Assembly (NCBI GenBank): GCA_003104935.1
Contig: PQAE01000006.1
Location: forward strand, 1,037-65,036
Reading direction: 5' to 3'
DNA: 64,000 nt
Source: Parcubacteria group bacterium
GTDB lineage: Bacteria > Patescibacteriota > Patescibacteriia > UBA1558 > GWA2-36-10
In this document: positions 35,670 through 45,773 of the stretch, in pieces
Layout of the letters: the number at the start of each line of letters is the position of its first letter
Numbering within the stretch: position 1 is the first letter of the stretch
Translations under genes and position numbers: made by a program
Notes under the pieces: generated by a model
Database searches by the model: none
Told to the model about the DNA's origin: nothing
The model's input: the letters and a program-made list of their open reading frames with translations, nothing else

Positions 35670-36269
35670 GTGAAGCATCTTCCCGATTACATCCAAAGGA
35701 TAATAGATGACTTTGACAAATTGCCGGGCATCGGTCCCAAGACTGCCAGCCGGCTGGTTTTTAGTTTATTAAACCGTAAAGATGATGTGCAAAGGTTTTC
35801 GGAAAATCTAGCTGAAGCCTATCAGAAAGTAAACTACTGTGAACAGTGCTATAATCTAACCGACAAAAAATTCTGCAGTATTTGTTCTGATCCCCAGCGG
35901 GACCAGACCGTAGTCTGTGTGGTCGGGCACAATCAAGATGTGGACTCTATCGAAAAAACTAACCAATACAATGGCCTCTACCATCTACTCAACGGCTTGC
36001 TTAGTCCCTTAGAAGGTGTCACTCCGGACGATCTCAAGATAAATGAGCTCCTCAAAAGAATTGAAAAAAAAGAACTCAAGGAAATCATCCTGGCGCTGGA
36101 CCAAAGTCTAGAGGGCGAAGCTACCGCTATCTATCTGACTAAAATTTTAAAAAAATACCCGTCTGTTATTGTCAGCCAACTAGCCCGCGGCATACCCATG
36201 GGGGCTAATATTGAATACACCGACGAGGTAACTCTCTCCTCGGCGCTAAAAAATAGAAATAAGTTATAA
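35670..36269 (+). CDS. recR: Recombination mediator RecR
   Basis: LPGIGPKTA, C4 zinc finger, Toprim EGEATA, ARGIPMG. Confidence 0.96.
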   Translation: MKHLPDYIQRIIDDFDKLPGIGPKTASRLVFSLLNRKDDVQRFSENLAEAYQKVNYCEQCYNLTDKKFCSICSDPQRDQTVVCVVGHNQDVDSIEKTNQYNGLYHLLNGLLSPLEGVTPDDLKINELLKRIEKKELKEIILALDQSLEGEATAIYLTKILKKYPSVIVSQLARGIPMGANIEYTDEVTLSSALKNRNKL

Positions 36270-36333
36270 ATATTCCGTCCGTTGCGGGACAGTAATTAAA
36301 AAACCCCGCCGCGTCTGACGCGGCAGGATTTTT

Positions 36334-36651
36334 TTATAATACTATTTTATCAATCTTGACTTCGGCCAACTGTTGGCGGTGGCCATAGCGACGTCTGTAT
36401 CTGACTTTACTCTTGTACTTAAAGACGTCAATTTTTTTGTCTTTATAGTTCCGTACCAAACTGGCCTCAACTTTGGCTCCGGTCACATGTGGTTTACCAA
36501 TAGTCACATTATCATTATCCGCCAGCAACAACACTTCATCAAAAACTACTTTATCGCCGGACTTTTGAGCCATGCTTAATTTCTCCACGCTTAAGATATC
36601 GCCCTGAGAGACTTGATATTGTTTTCCACCGGTCTTAATGATTGCAAACAT
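36334..36651 (-). CDS. rplU: 50S ribosomal protein L21
   Basis: MFAIIKTGGKQY, GHRQ. Confidence 0.97.
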   Translation of the reverse strand: MFAIIKTGGKQYQVSQGDILSVEKLSMAQKSGDKVVFDEVLLLADNDNVTIGKPHVTGAKVEASLVRNYKDKKIDVFKYKSKVRYRRRYGHRQQLAEVKIDKIVL

Positions 36652-36871
36652 AATTTTTTTCTTATCAATATAACGGGATGTATATTAACAAAAAAAACCA
36701 GAATTGTCAATTATTTAGGTTTTACATAATGTTTAGCCACATAAGTAGTAGCCTTGTTTATTCGACCTTACTGACTTGACAAAAAGTCTAAAATGTGCTA
36801 TGATAGAGAGGTTATCTGTACACAACATTTTGTGCTTTTTTTGGTCCCACCCCCAAAAAGGATGGTCGCAA

Positions 36872-37252
36872 ATGTATACGAAGCTTCTGGCTTTGGCTGC
36901 CGCCGGCTGTGTACTGCTCATCGCTGTGTATATGCGCCACGGTGACCAGCATACGACTGGCAGCTGCTTCGTGGTCACTGATGGCCACAAAGCAGTCAGC
37001 TACGACCCGCGGGCAATGAAGTGCCGAACCGTCTTTTTTGACGCTGTTGGTGAACAGCGACAGATCCGGATCCAGAATCCGGCGCCACGCGATCAGTACC
37101 TGATGGTCTATAGTCAGACCACTGGTGAGAGCCACATCATCCACAATGATGGTGTGCTACTCCATAATCATTACACTATCTCCTGCTATCATCGCGATGG
37201 CAACAAATTTGCCCAAACCAAGCTCAACATCCTCAGAGGAAACGCCATCTGA
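36872..37252 (+). CDS. Hypothetical exported protein (orphan cassette)
   Basis: TTGACA-17-TATGAT promoter at 36776, AAGGA SD, signal peptide, terminator 37263-37295. Confidence 0.65.
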   Translation: MYTKLLALAAAGCVLLIAVYMRHGDQHTTGSCFVVTDGHKAVSYDPRAMKCRTVFFDAVGEQRQIRIQNPAPRDQYLMVYSQTTGESHIIHNDGVLLHNHYTISCYHRDGNKFAQTKLNILRGNAI

Positions 37253-37403
37253 GGATAATCTAGACCCCCTGCCGAGAACGCTCGTGCGGGGGGTTTAATT
37301 TTTATATTGACAAATACTAATATATATGCTATATTAACAAATCACCATCTATAGCAACTTTCAGCTATAAAATGGTGATGTACATCAATATTTCACAGAG
37401 GAG

Positions 37404-38135
37404 ATGAAAATGTGCCTCACTCAGCACCTATTCCTGTCAGCGGCTAAAGTAGCCCCGGTCGGGAAAAATGAGTGGTCTTCGCCAGGAGGCAAAACCAATT
37501 CCGGACACTTCCGCAACCTCAAGGTCAGGGCCGTGCTCTATTTCAAGCCGCGCCTCGACCCCAATGACGGGCAGGAAAAATTTTCCGCCCGTTACGCCCA
37601 GGGACTGGACGGACGCAAGGGCCTGATGGTCTTTTGGCACCGCGATGTGCCCCGGCCGCCGAAACCCAGCCTGCGCATGGTGGAATTCCCCGTCTGGGGA
37701 AAAGCTAGATTCGCTCTGGCCATGCCCACCAAGGAGAAAAGGCAATTGACGGTTCTGATCAGGGATTTGAAACAGCAGCTTCGGGCTGCCGAACACCTCC
37801 CCGACCAGGAAACTACAGTCGACCAGGCGGACATTGTGTCCTTTTCAGTGGTGAAGTTCACCATGAAACAAAAGGGTCCGCAGGACGAATCCAAGCTCAA
37901 AACCGAATTTGGCTTGGGAATCGGATCGGATGGGCAAGGCATAGAAACCTTGCCTGATTGGGACGCTAATCCGCCTATCCGGCCAGGTTGGTGCCTAGTC
38001 AAGATCGGTATCAATCACAACAAGGGGTATGCTCTAGCACGCCCCTATCTGGATCCACAGACCCTCCGAGACGCTATTGCGGATCTGGAGAAGCAACTTC
38101 TGGAACTGGAACAATCGCCCTCTTCTATTAAGTAA
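37404..38135 (+). CDS. Hypothetical protein with an internal two-fold repeat (orphan cassette)
   Basis: GAGGAG SD; repeated motif F..(A/G).G.DG..G....W....P..P......GxA.A.P followed by a coiled coil; terminator 38184-38232. Confidence 0.7.
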   Translation: MKMCLTQHLFLSAAKVAPVGKNEWSSPGGKTNSGHFRNLKVRAVLYFKPRLDPNDGQEKFSARYAQGLDGRKGLMVFWHRDVPRPPKPSLRMVEFPVWGKARFALAMPTKEKRQLTVLIRDLKQQLRAAEHLPDQETTVDQADIVSFSVVKFTMKQKGPQDESKLKTEFGLGIGSDGQGIETLPDWDANPPIRPGWCLVKIGINHNKGYALARPYLDPQTLRDAIADLEKQLLELEQSPSSIK

Positions 38136-38253
38136 GCGAGCTACTGATCCGGCAAACTAAATTCTCTCTTCTCTGTCACAATCAAAGACCCCTCACTGTA
38201 TTTGACAACAATCAAAATGAGTGAGGGGTCTTCAGTTTCTATAAATAATATTT

Positions 38254-38448
38254 CTATTTTAATTCTTCCCGACTACCATCGTCATGATAGCAATAGGTCA
38301 CACCTTCCTTTTCATCCAGGGTTCTCTTATGCGAGCCATCGCAAAAAGGCTGATTTTTAGAAAGTCCGCACATGCAGATGGAAACATTTTTATCCCCCAT
38401 CTTTAACTCCTGCGGTCCGTGGGCGGTTTTTTTTACTATTCTAGCCAT
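38254..38448 (-). CDS. CDGSH iron-sulfur domain protein
   Basis: ICMCGLSKNQPFCDGSH. Confidence 0.92.
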   Translation of the reverse strand: MARIVKKTAHGPQELKMGDKNVSICMCGLSKNQPFCDGSHKRTLDEKEGVTYCYHDDGSREELK

Positions 38449-38465
38449 GTTCTTTATTTAATAAT

Positions 38466-39509
38466 TTATTTAGCTGATAAATAATCGGCGCATTCAGCGC
38501 TGATCAGCTCCCGCAGATTTTCCGTCACTGCTTTTTTAAATCCCAGCCTGGCTTTGTTGTGCATGGCGTGCAAGGGTCGCAACATGGTAGCCGCTTTGGA
38601 TAGACCCACAGCTTCTTCATCACCGAGCATAGTCAGACGTCCGCGCAAAACAAACGACTTTAGCATAGCTACGATGTCCTTGTCGCTATAATGATCAATA
38701 ATAGTACGAACGGCTTTCTGGACTTCATTCCAGTCGCCGGAGCGACGCAGTTCTTCCAGACCGATGCTCATAGTAAAATCTAGCAGATCAGTGGCTTTTT
38801 TATCAACTTCGGCGGTATTCTTTTCCTGGTTATAGATAATATCGGGAATATTTAAAATCGGCTTATCCAAACTACTACCCTCTGTTTCCCGCCAAATGAT
38901 ATCGCTGGGCAAAACTTCGCCGATTGCACCGTGACTTTCATGAATTTCTCGCACATATCCGGCGGCCTGACCCAAGGCCTGAAAACGGTCAATCTGCTCC
39001 AGCTTTGGATCGCCGATCAGGTCCGAACGGTAAATATCCTGCAATACGGTGCCGGCTTTATAAATATCCTGATCCTTAATCTCTATGCCCCACTCGTGCA
39101 AACCATATTCTTCGTCCAAACCTAGACGCTCAATATTTTCGGCGATCTCTTCGGGAGTGCCACGATATCGTTTCGTGCCCGGTGCTAAAAATCTAAAAAA
39201 TAATTTAGGGTGTCGTCGCAATAATTCCAAAGGCTCTTTGACCGTGTGCTCATCATAAGTCCGCAGGATGGCATCGCCAAATCTGTCCACTTTGGATACA
39301 AAACCGCGCATATCAAAAACCATACACTCCTGATCATCATAATTTATTTTGCCGCCGTAAACGCCTACGGTACTGTCATAACCCAAGGCTTCTCTGGTTG
39401 GTAACCTGGTCTCTTCAACTATGCCCTGGACTTTGGCACGGATATTATCAATAAACCCCTGAGGTTTTTCTTCTTTAGCCGGTACTGTAGGCGCTTGTTC
39501 TAAATTCAT
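38466..39509 (-). CDS. Hypothetical protein
   Basis: 347-aa ORF; weak kinase-fold-like segment IHESHGAIGEVLPSDII. Confidence 0.75.
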   Translation of the reverse strand: MNLEQAPTVPAKEEKPQGFIDNIRAKVQGIVEETRLPTREALGYDSTVGVYGGKINYDDQECMVFDMRGFVSKVDRFGDAILRTYDEHTVKEPLELLRRHPKLFFRFLAPGTKRYRGTPEEIAENIERLGLDEEYGLHEWGIEIKDQDIYKAGTVLQDIYRSDLIGDPKLEQIDRFQALGQAAGYVREIHESHGAIGEVLPSDIIWRETEGSSLDKPILNIPDIIYNQEKNTAEVDKKATDLLDFTMSIGLEELRRSGDWNEVQKAVRTIIDHYSDKDIVAMLKSFVLRGRLTMLGDEEAVGLSKAATMLRPLHAMHNKARLGFKKAVTENLRELISAECADYLSAK

Positions 39510-39623
39510 GATTTTTATTTAATAATTTGCTTTAATTATAACATAAAAAAACTCCCGTCAAAACAAGAGCTTGTGAACTACATCCGAGACAATTAAAAAC
39601 AAATCATCCAATGGTTAGCAATT

Positions 39624-40091
39624 TTATCTAACGAACCCACCGTGATAAAGGCATCTGTAAACAACCCTGTTGCCAAATAGAATCTCCTCTTTGCCAGAAA
39701 AATTATCCAATTCCCCATCAGCATAATTATTATAAACCCAACCATCGTCCTTAAATGTCTTTGGGCCTCTTACGGGAATTATATTGTCAGACTCCTGCAT
39801 TAAAGATTTCTTTAAAAAAACATAAACCTGTTTTGGGGCATAAGCGTCATCCAAGATAAACCCGTAATAATTTGCACCCCAAACAGGAACATTATTTTTG
39901 TAAACAACTTCCTCTCCAATAAAATCTTGCTCTCCGAAATATGTATCGTGATATGCCCAGCCGCCCCTTTTATATTCAAAGTCATCTGATTTCAACCGCG
40001 ATGACACAACCTTTTTGCCGTTCGCTGCATAAGTGCACTTATTGGCTATATTCAAAAAATTCGTAAACTCTTTTAAGTTAAATGTTTCCAT
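39624..40091 (-). CDS. DUF5680-like protein
   Basis: YHDTYFGEQDFIGEEVV, PVRGP, YHGG; start METF. Confidence 0.75.
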   Translation of the reverse strand: METFNLKEFTNFLNIANKCTYAANGKKVVSSRLKSDDFEYKRGGWAYHDTYFGEQDFIGEEVVYKNNVPVWGANYYGFILDDAYAPKQVYVFLKKSLMQESDNIIPVRGPKTFKDDGWVYNNYADGELDNFSGKEEILFGNRVVYRCLYHGGFVR

Positions 40092-40127
40092 AGATATTAC
40101 GTAGATACGAGTTGCTCGAAATGAATT

Positions 40128-40202
40128 TGGTGACCCCACCGGGAATCGAACCCGGATTGCCAGGTTGAGAACCTGACGTCCTAACCGTTAGACGATGGGG
40201 CC
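40128..40202 (-). tRNA. tRNA-Glu(CTC)
   Basis: GGCCCCATCGTCTAACGGTTAGGACGTCAGGTTCTCAACCTGGCAATCCGGGTTCGATTCCCGGTGGGGTCACCA. Confidence 0.95.
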
Positions 40203-40247
40203 TAAAACGACAGCTATTTCTAACAGATTTTCGGAAAATTGTAAAGC

Positions 40248-41513
40248 CTAGCGTTGCACTTTACCTACCAGGACTTCACTGGCTTCCCAGGGCTTGGCCA
40301 TGATTTCAAACACCATCTGTTCCATCTTGGAACCTCGTGAGCCCTTGACCAAGATCACGTCGCCGGGTTTGACCCGCTCCTGCACAAACTGGCCTGACCG
40401 CACCACAAAAGGAAAATGATAGATCTTGTCCTCATCCATACCGGCCTCACGGGCGCCGCGGGCAATATCGCGTGACCGCTCGCCAAAAACGTAAAGATAG
40501 TCTATGCCCAACTGGGCGGCCAAACGGCCTACTTCCTGATGTCCCTGTTCAGAGTGAGCGCCTAGTTCCAGCATGTCGCCAAAAATGGCAATACGACTGC
40601 CGTTGGCGGGCATATCATGCAAAATCTGCAAAGCGGCTTTAGCCGACTGCGGCGAAGCATTATAAGTATCATCAATAATCCAAGTTTTCTTAATACCGGG
40701 GATAAGATTGGTGCGGCCGCGGGCTGGTACATAATGGCCCAATCGTTCGCCAATGCGCACGATGTTCATCCCCATAGCCAGTCCGACTGCCGCAGCCGCG
40801 GCCGCGGCCTGAGCATGCTGCCACCCTAAAACACCGGGCAAAAACATCGGGGTTTCCGAGCCCTGGCTGCGCAGTTTAAAACTGGTGCCATATTGATCCT
40901 GATGTTGGCTGATTTTGATATTGGTCACTTGGACATCGCTACCCTCGCCTTGACCAAAAGTTTTTGTCCGGCATTTACAATTTTTTATAACTTCCTTCAG
41001 ATTTTCGTCGTCAAAATTAATGATGGCCCAACCGCCAGTGCCCAACTTTTTTAGAATACTGGATTTTTCCCTGATAATGTTTTTGATGCTACCAAAATAC
41101 TCTATATGGCTGGGACCGATGGCGGTGATCACGGCGATGTCGGGCTGGGCAATAGAACTGAGATAATCAATATCGCCGGGCCGGTCGGCGGCCATCTCTA
41201 GTACCAATACGCGCGGATAACGACGGCTTTTAAAAATCAACAGGCCGCAGGCCGATAAAAACAAAAACAACCAGCGGAAAATATTTTTACCGGGATTAGC
41301 TTTAGCCAATAAAATAGTAAGCGGTACCCCGATTTCGTTATTGAAATTTTTGACATTGCGCCGGACTTTGAAATCTTCGCGTAAAACGCAAAAAATGGCC
41401 TCCCTGGCGGAGGTCTTGCCAACCGAACCGGTAATACCGATTATTTTCGGTTTATACCTGGCCAATACCAGCCTGGCCAATATTTTTAATTTAAAATACA
41501 GCAATTTTTTCAT
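40248..41513 (-). CDS. murF: UDP-MurNAc-tripeptide--D-Ala-D-Ala ligase
   Basis: GITGSVGKT, NNEIGVPLT, DDTYNASP, GDMLELG, VKGSRG. Confidence 0.93.
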   Translation of the reverse strand: MKKLLYFKLKILARLVLARYKPKIIGITGSVGKTSAREAIFCVLREDFKVRRNVKNFNNEIGVPLTILLAKANPGKNIFRWLFLFLSACGLLIFKSRRYPRVLVLEMAADRPGDIDYLSSIAQPDIAVITAIGPSHIEYFGSIKNIIREKSSILKKLGTGGWAIINFDDENLKEVIKNCKCRTKTFGQGEGSDVQVTNIKISQHQDQYGTSFKLRSQGSETPMFLPGVLGWQHAQAAAAAAAVGLAMGMNIVRIGERLGHYVPARGRTNLIPGIKKTWIIDDTYNASPQSAKAALQILHDMPANGSRIAIFGDMLELGAHSEQGHQEVGRLAAQLGIDYLYVFGERSRDIARGAREAGMDEDKIYHFPFVVRSGQFVQERVKPGDVILVKGSRGSKMEQMVFEIMAKPWEASEVLVGKVQR

Positions 41514-41525
41514 AAATATAGCGAT

Positions 41526-43340
41526 TTATCGGCTGGGAGCTATTTGGTAGTATTCTAGCAAATACTTGGCAATATCCGCAAACAGAGGCACGGCCGTAGA
41601 TTCGGCAAAGCGACCGGTCTGGGGATTATCCAGTTTCGTCAGCATTATAAATTTGGCGTTTTCGTGCGGCACAAAACCGATAAAGCTATGGATGGTCTTG
41701 CCGCTATCATAACGTTTGGTTTGGGGATTGGGCACATCAGCCGTGCCGGTTTTACCGGCCAGATAATAGCCGTCGATTTTAGCGGCTTGAGCGTGCCCAT
41801 TGTCGACATTATTCACCATCATAGCCGCCAACTGCGCTGCTGTGCTGGCTTGGATTACTTGCTGTACTACTTCCGGTTGAAATTTTTGCACCTGGCCGTC
41901 CGGCCAATTTATCTGACTGACGATATACGGCCTGAGTAAAGAGCCACGATTGGCAATAACATTAACCGCGGCGATCATCTGTAAGGGTGTAACAGTGATG
42001 CCTTGGCCAAAAGAAGCGGTCGCTTTAAAAATATCGCCTTTTTTGGCCAAGGCACTAATATCCCCGGCACTTTCCTGGCTGATGGTAATTCCAGTAGCTT
42101 TACCAAAGCCAAACTTTTCCATATAATCTTTGAAAATTGTATTGCTGATGTCGGCGGTCGCAAAGACGATACCGGTATTGAGTGAAGAAGCCAACACTTC
42201 TTTCATGTCCACTACGCCATGAGCTTTGAGATCAGCATTTTTTATTATTTCTCCGCCTTTAAACTTTACCTCGCCTTTGTCGTCAAAGGTAGTATTTGGT
42301 GTTACTTTGCCTTGATCGATAGCAATGGCCATAGCAATTACTTTCATTACTGAACCCGGCTCATAGGCGGCATAAACCGCGTTGTTATTGTAAACATCGG
42401 GGCTGTCTACTTTGTTATATTCATTAGGATCAAAAGAAGGATAATTGCACATGGCTCGGATAGCGCCGCTACTAGACTCCATAACTATGATTGTGCCACT
42501 ATCAGCCTGATAGAGCGGCAGAGCCTTAGCCAAGGCCTGGCAGGCGGCATACTGCACGTTGCGATCAATAGTCAGGACTAGATTAGCCCCGTTTTGCCGG
42601 GGACTGACATTTTCCTGATTGATTAAGCGTCCCTTTACGTCCTTTTCTCCCGTCAGACTGCCCTTGGCACCGGAAAGCTCTTGTTCAAAAAAACCCTCTA
42701 GTCCGTAACTGCCCACCCGCGAATATCCGTCTTGGCCATAACCAAAAAATCCCAAAACCTGGGCTCCGTCCTGTTTGTCGGGATAATATCTGAGTACGGT
42801 CTTATTAAAATTCACTCCCATTTCGGCCAAGCTGGTGATCGGCTTGGCGCCAGGATCGCTTTGATTTATATCCGTCCGTAACTGCTCCAAAGCCTGACGC
42901 AATTGTTCTTCTTTTTCCTTAGGAATTTGTTTAGCGATGGTTTCAAAATGCCGATCGGTTTTTTTTAGTTTGGCAAAGATCTCCGCTTTAGCCGTATCAT
43001 CTAAACCCAAGACAGAGGCAAAAATATCCGTTATATTTTGCGGCCGACTGATTTTGGCCGGATCGGCATTGATGTCATAATTAACATTATTAACGGCCAG
43101 AGGATAAAAATCAACGCTGTTATCTCCGGCTAATGCATAGATACTGCCCCGCTCCGGGGACAACTCCTCTACCACGGCCCGCTGGGCCAAGCCGGCCTGT
43201 AATAAATCTTCATGCCTGATAATCTGCAAATAAAACAAGCGACCGACGATAACGATCATGAGGAAAAAAATAACCCCTTGCAGGGCATTTAATCTTCGCG
43301 GAGAAATGGCATCGCCGCTATTGACCAAACCATAGGGCAT
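41526..43340 (-). CDS. ftsI: Class B penicillin-binding protein (FtsI-like)
   Basis: YEPGSVMK, SLN, AGKTGTA; located in the mraZ-rsmH operon. Confidence 0.88.
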   Translation of the reverse strand: MPYGLVNSGDAISPRRLNALQGVIFFLMIVIVGRLFYLQIIRHEDLLQAGLAQRAVVEELSPERGSIYALAGDNSVDFYPLAVNNVNYDINADPAKISRPQNITDIFASVLGLDDTAKAEIFAKLKKTDRHFETIAKQIPKEKEEQLRQALEQLRTDINQSDPGAKPITSLAEMGVNFNKTVLRYYPDKQDGAQVLGFFGYGQDGYSRVGSYGLEGFFEQELSGAKGSLTGEKDVKGRLINQENVSPRQNGANLVLTIDRNVQYAACQALAKALPLYQADSGTIIVMESSSGAIRAMCNYPSFDPNEYNKVDSPDVYNNNAVYAAYEPGSVMKVIAMAIAIDQGKVTPNTTFDDKGEVKFKGGEIIKNADLKAHGVVDMKEVLASSLNTGIVFATADISNTIFKDYMEKFGFGKATGITISQESAGDISALAKKGDIFKATASFGQGITVTPLQMIAAVNVIANRGSLLRPYIVSQINWPDGQVQKFQPEVVQQVIQASTAAQLAAMMVNNVDNGHAQAAKIDGYYLAGKTGTADVPNPQTKRYDSGKTIHSFIGFVPHENAKFIMLTKLDNPQTGRFAESTAVPLFADIAKYLLEYYQIAPSR

Positions 43341-43353
43341 AAAACATAGATGA

Positions 43354-43677
43354 TTAATCTCTTAAAGCCACTGTCTTGTCCGGATTGCCTAAATAAGTTA
43401 TATCTTCGGACTGCACTTTTACCAAATTTAAACGCTTGCTTTCGGTTTCGATGCGTTGAGCAGTCTGGAGCTGGGTGGCTTGAGTATTGAGCAGAAGATA
43501 TTCATCGCTGATAGTCTGCACATCCAAACTGAGTTGGTGGCGCATCAAATTTTGATTGTTGGCGTAGCTGGTGGTCAAAAATAGCGTAATCAGCAAAGAA
43601 AAAACAAACCCGACGGCAAAATAGCGGTTATAACGCTGTAATTTTTTTAAAGTTTTAGCAAGGGTGGCTCTGGGCAT
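43354..43677 (-). CDS. FtsL-like cell division protein
   Basis: TM plus coiled coil, located between rsmH and ftsI. Confidence 0.65.
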   Translation of the reverse strand: MPRATLAKTLKKLQRYNRYFAVGFVFSLLITLFLTTSYANNQNLMRHQLSLDVQTISDEYLLLNTQATQLQTAQRIETESKRLNLVKVQSEDITYLGNPDKTVALRD

Positions 43678-43687
43678 TTTTTTGTTT

Positions 43688-44674
43688 TTATATTTTTTCG
43701 ATCACTCTCAGCTTGGCGCTGCGGCTACGCGGATTAGCTTTGATCTCCGCGGCACCGGGCTGAATTATTTTTTTAATTAGTATTTTTAATTTACTGCGAT
43801 GATTACAGTTACAGATCGGGTTCTGTGGCGGGCAAATACAATCTTTGGCCCCGTCCTTAAAAAAATCTTTGACTATCCGGTCCTCTAGAGAATGGAAGCT
43901 AATGACCGCAAGCCGGCCGCCCGGACGCAGAATCTCCAGAGCCTGCGGTAAAAACTGTTCCAGATTTTCCAGCTCATGATTGACCGCCAGGCGCAAGGCC
44001 TGAAAAACTAAAGTAGCCGGATGGCGACGAAAGCGCGGTAATTCCCGCTCTGGGATATATGAAATCCGGAGTATGGCCGAGACAAACGCAGAAGTTTTGA
44101 GCAATTTTTGTTTTTGTTTGACAAAATCACTGGGCGCCAAGTCTTGTCGCCAGGTCACAAGGCCATGGGACAGGTGCTTAGCATTGGGGATCTCGCCATA
44201 CTTCCGGAACATATTGACTAATTCAGATTCCGACCAAGTGAGGATGATTTCCGAAGCGGTCAACTTTTGACCGGGATCAAAACGCATATCCAAAGGACCC
44301 TGATCGCTAAAGGAAAAACCGCGGTTGGCCCGGTCTAATTGGTCGGAAGACAAACCTAAATCTATGACTATACCGTCAATGTGGGGAAGAGTATTTTTAT
44401 ATTTACTCCAGATTTCTTTTAAATGAACGTAAGACCGTTTGACTATAATTATTCGATCCTTATTCCTGGCCAGCCTCCTTTGACTGGCCACGACAGCATG
44501 GGGATCAATTTCTAGGGCTAACACTTTGCCGCCCGGCTTATTTTTTTTTAATAATTCTTCGCTGTGTCCACCGCCGCCCAACGTGGAGTCAATAAAATTT
44601 TGCCCAGGCCGAGGTTGTAAATAATCAATTACCTCTTTGGTCAGGACCGACTGGTGCTGATAATCAGCAGACAT
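43688..44674 (-). CDS. rsmH: 16S rRNA m4C1402 methyltransferase
   Basis: HQSVL, DSTLGGGGHS, DLGLSS, GPLDMR, ISFHSLEDR, NPRSRSAKLR. Confidence 0.97.
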   Translation of the reverse strand: MSADYQHQSVLTKEVIDYLQPRPGQNFIDSTLGGGGHSEELLKKNKPGGKVLALEIDPHAVVASQRRLARNKDRIIIVKRSYVHLKEIWSKYKNTLPHIDGIVIDLGLSSDQLDRANRGFSFSDQGPLDMRFDPGQKLTASEIILTWSESELVNMFRKYGEIPNAKHLSHGLVTWRQDLAPSDFVKQKQKLLKTSAFVSAILRISYIPERELPRFRRHPATLVFQALRLAVNHELENLEQFLPQALEILRPGGRLAVISFHSLEDRIVKDFFKDGAKDCICPPQNPICNCNHRSKLKILIKKIIQPGAAEIKANPRSRSAKLRVIEKI

Positions 44675-44676
44675 AA

Positions 44677-45108
44677 TTAAACTCCCAAACCAACCAGACC
44701 TTCGGCAATCTCATTACTGTCTTTTTCGGAAGTACGTTGGTAAAGACTCCATAATTTCTCGTCCCAGACTTCCAAACGATTATACAAACCAGCTACAACT
44801 ACTTTCTTATTCAGACTGGCAAATTCTTTGAGATAATCGGGCAAAATAATCCGTCCCTGGCCGTCCAGGCGACAATCCATAGCTCCAGCCAGCATCAAAC
44901 GGGAAAAAGCACGGGATTTAGCTTGGCTGATCGGCAGAGCCGCTAATTTCTCTACTAATTTACTCCACTCTTTGGCCGTATAAATAAATAAACAACTGTC
45001 TAATCCCTTGGTAATAACTACGCCAGAGCTTAACAGTTTGCGGAATTTGGACGGCAAGGCTAAACGGTTTTTGCTATCCAAGTTGTATTTGTACTCGCCA
45101 ATAAACAT
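44677..45108 (-). CDS. mraZ: Division/cell wall cluster repressor MraZ
   Basis: MFIGEY..NLDSKNRL, LDGQGRI. Confidence 0.97.
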   Translation of the reverse strand: MFIGEYKYNLDSKNRLALPSKFRKLLSSGVVITKGLDSCLFIYTAKEWSKLVEKLAALPISQAKSRAFSRLMLAGAMDCRLDGQGRIILPDYLKEFASLNKKVVVAGLYNRLEVWDEKLWSLYQRTSEKDSNEIAEGLVGLGV

Positions 45109-45141
45109 AATGTCCGGCGCCTAGTTTAAGAGTTTAAAAAG

Positions 45142-45258
45142 TTATCCACAGGTCAATTTCCTATTTCACCACTTTTCCACACCACAATGGGATTCAAAGA
45201 CATTATACCCCACGGCAATGGTCTGTGTCAACAAATAACCCCCCGGCACTTATCCACA
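45142..45258 (-). promoter_or_regulatory. mraZ promoter with GTGG repeats and two perfect DnaA boxes
   Basis: TTATCCACA at 45142-45150 and 45250-45258; TTGACA-18-TATAAT (45202-45231, minus strand); GTGG repeats ~45165-45186. Confidence 0.7.
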
Positions 45259-45326
45259 ACTAAAAAACCGCCCCTGGCCAATGATCAAACCGGAAAGGCG
45301 GAATAAAAATCAATAATAGATGATAA

Positions 45327-45755
45327 TTATTTTATAATTTTATAACTCTGCCGACGCTTACTAATAGTAATGTCCGCCTTTTGATTATATTTTACTTTTA
45401 ATACTCTGAAATTTTTTTGTTTTTTTAGCTGAGTAAATATGGAAGCTATTTTTTTATCAATATTTGACGGTGAATAAAAAATACCGGCTACCGGAATTCG
45501 AAATTGCCAAGCTACGATATTAATCATGGTAGTAAAAACTTTTACCTGGGTCAGACTAGCACCATCAATAATCAGGCCTAAACCGCCGATAGCTTTCCAG
45601 TTTAGTTTGTATCTTTTGAGCAGGTGGTCCAGAAATTTTAAACTGTTATCCTCGCCGCGGGCAATTTCAAAATCCACCAAATATTTAGCCGTTCCTTTTT
45701 CCAGGATAAGCCAACAACCGTGATTATGATCCTTGATGTATAAGATGAGAAACAT
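45327..45755 (-). CDS. Hypothetical protein, TsaB-like (divergent)
   Basis: GASLTQVKV..TMINIVAW..RIPV resembles the TsaB GSFTGLR..ANAL pattern; C-terminal YNQKADIT. Confidence 0.5.
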   Translation of the reverse strand: MFLILYIKDHNHGCWLILEKGTAKYLVDFEIARGEDNSLKFLDHLLKRYKLNWKAIGGLGLIIDGASLTQVKVFTTMINIVAWQFRIPVAGIFYSPSNIDKKIASIFTQLKKQKNFRVLKVKYNQKADITISKRRQSYKIIK

Positions 45756-45773
45756 TAAAATAAAACCGTTCCT

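Noticed and set aside
44119-44147. In-frame hairpin insertion in rsmH (QDLAPSDFV)
   Set aside because: The GACAA...TTGTC pairing is weak and lies in a variable region; it cannot be distinguished from chance without an alignment.
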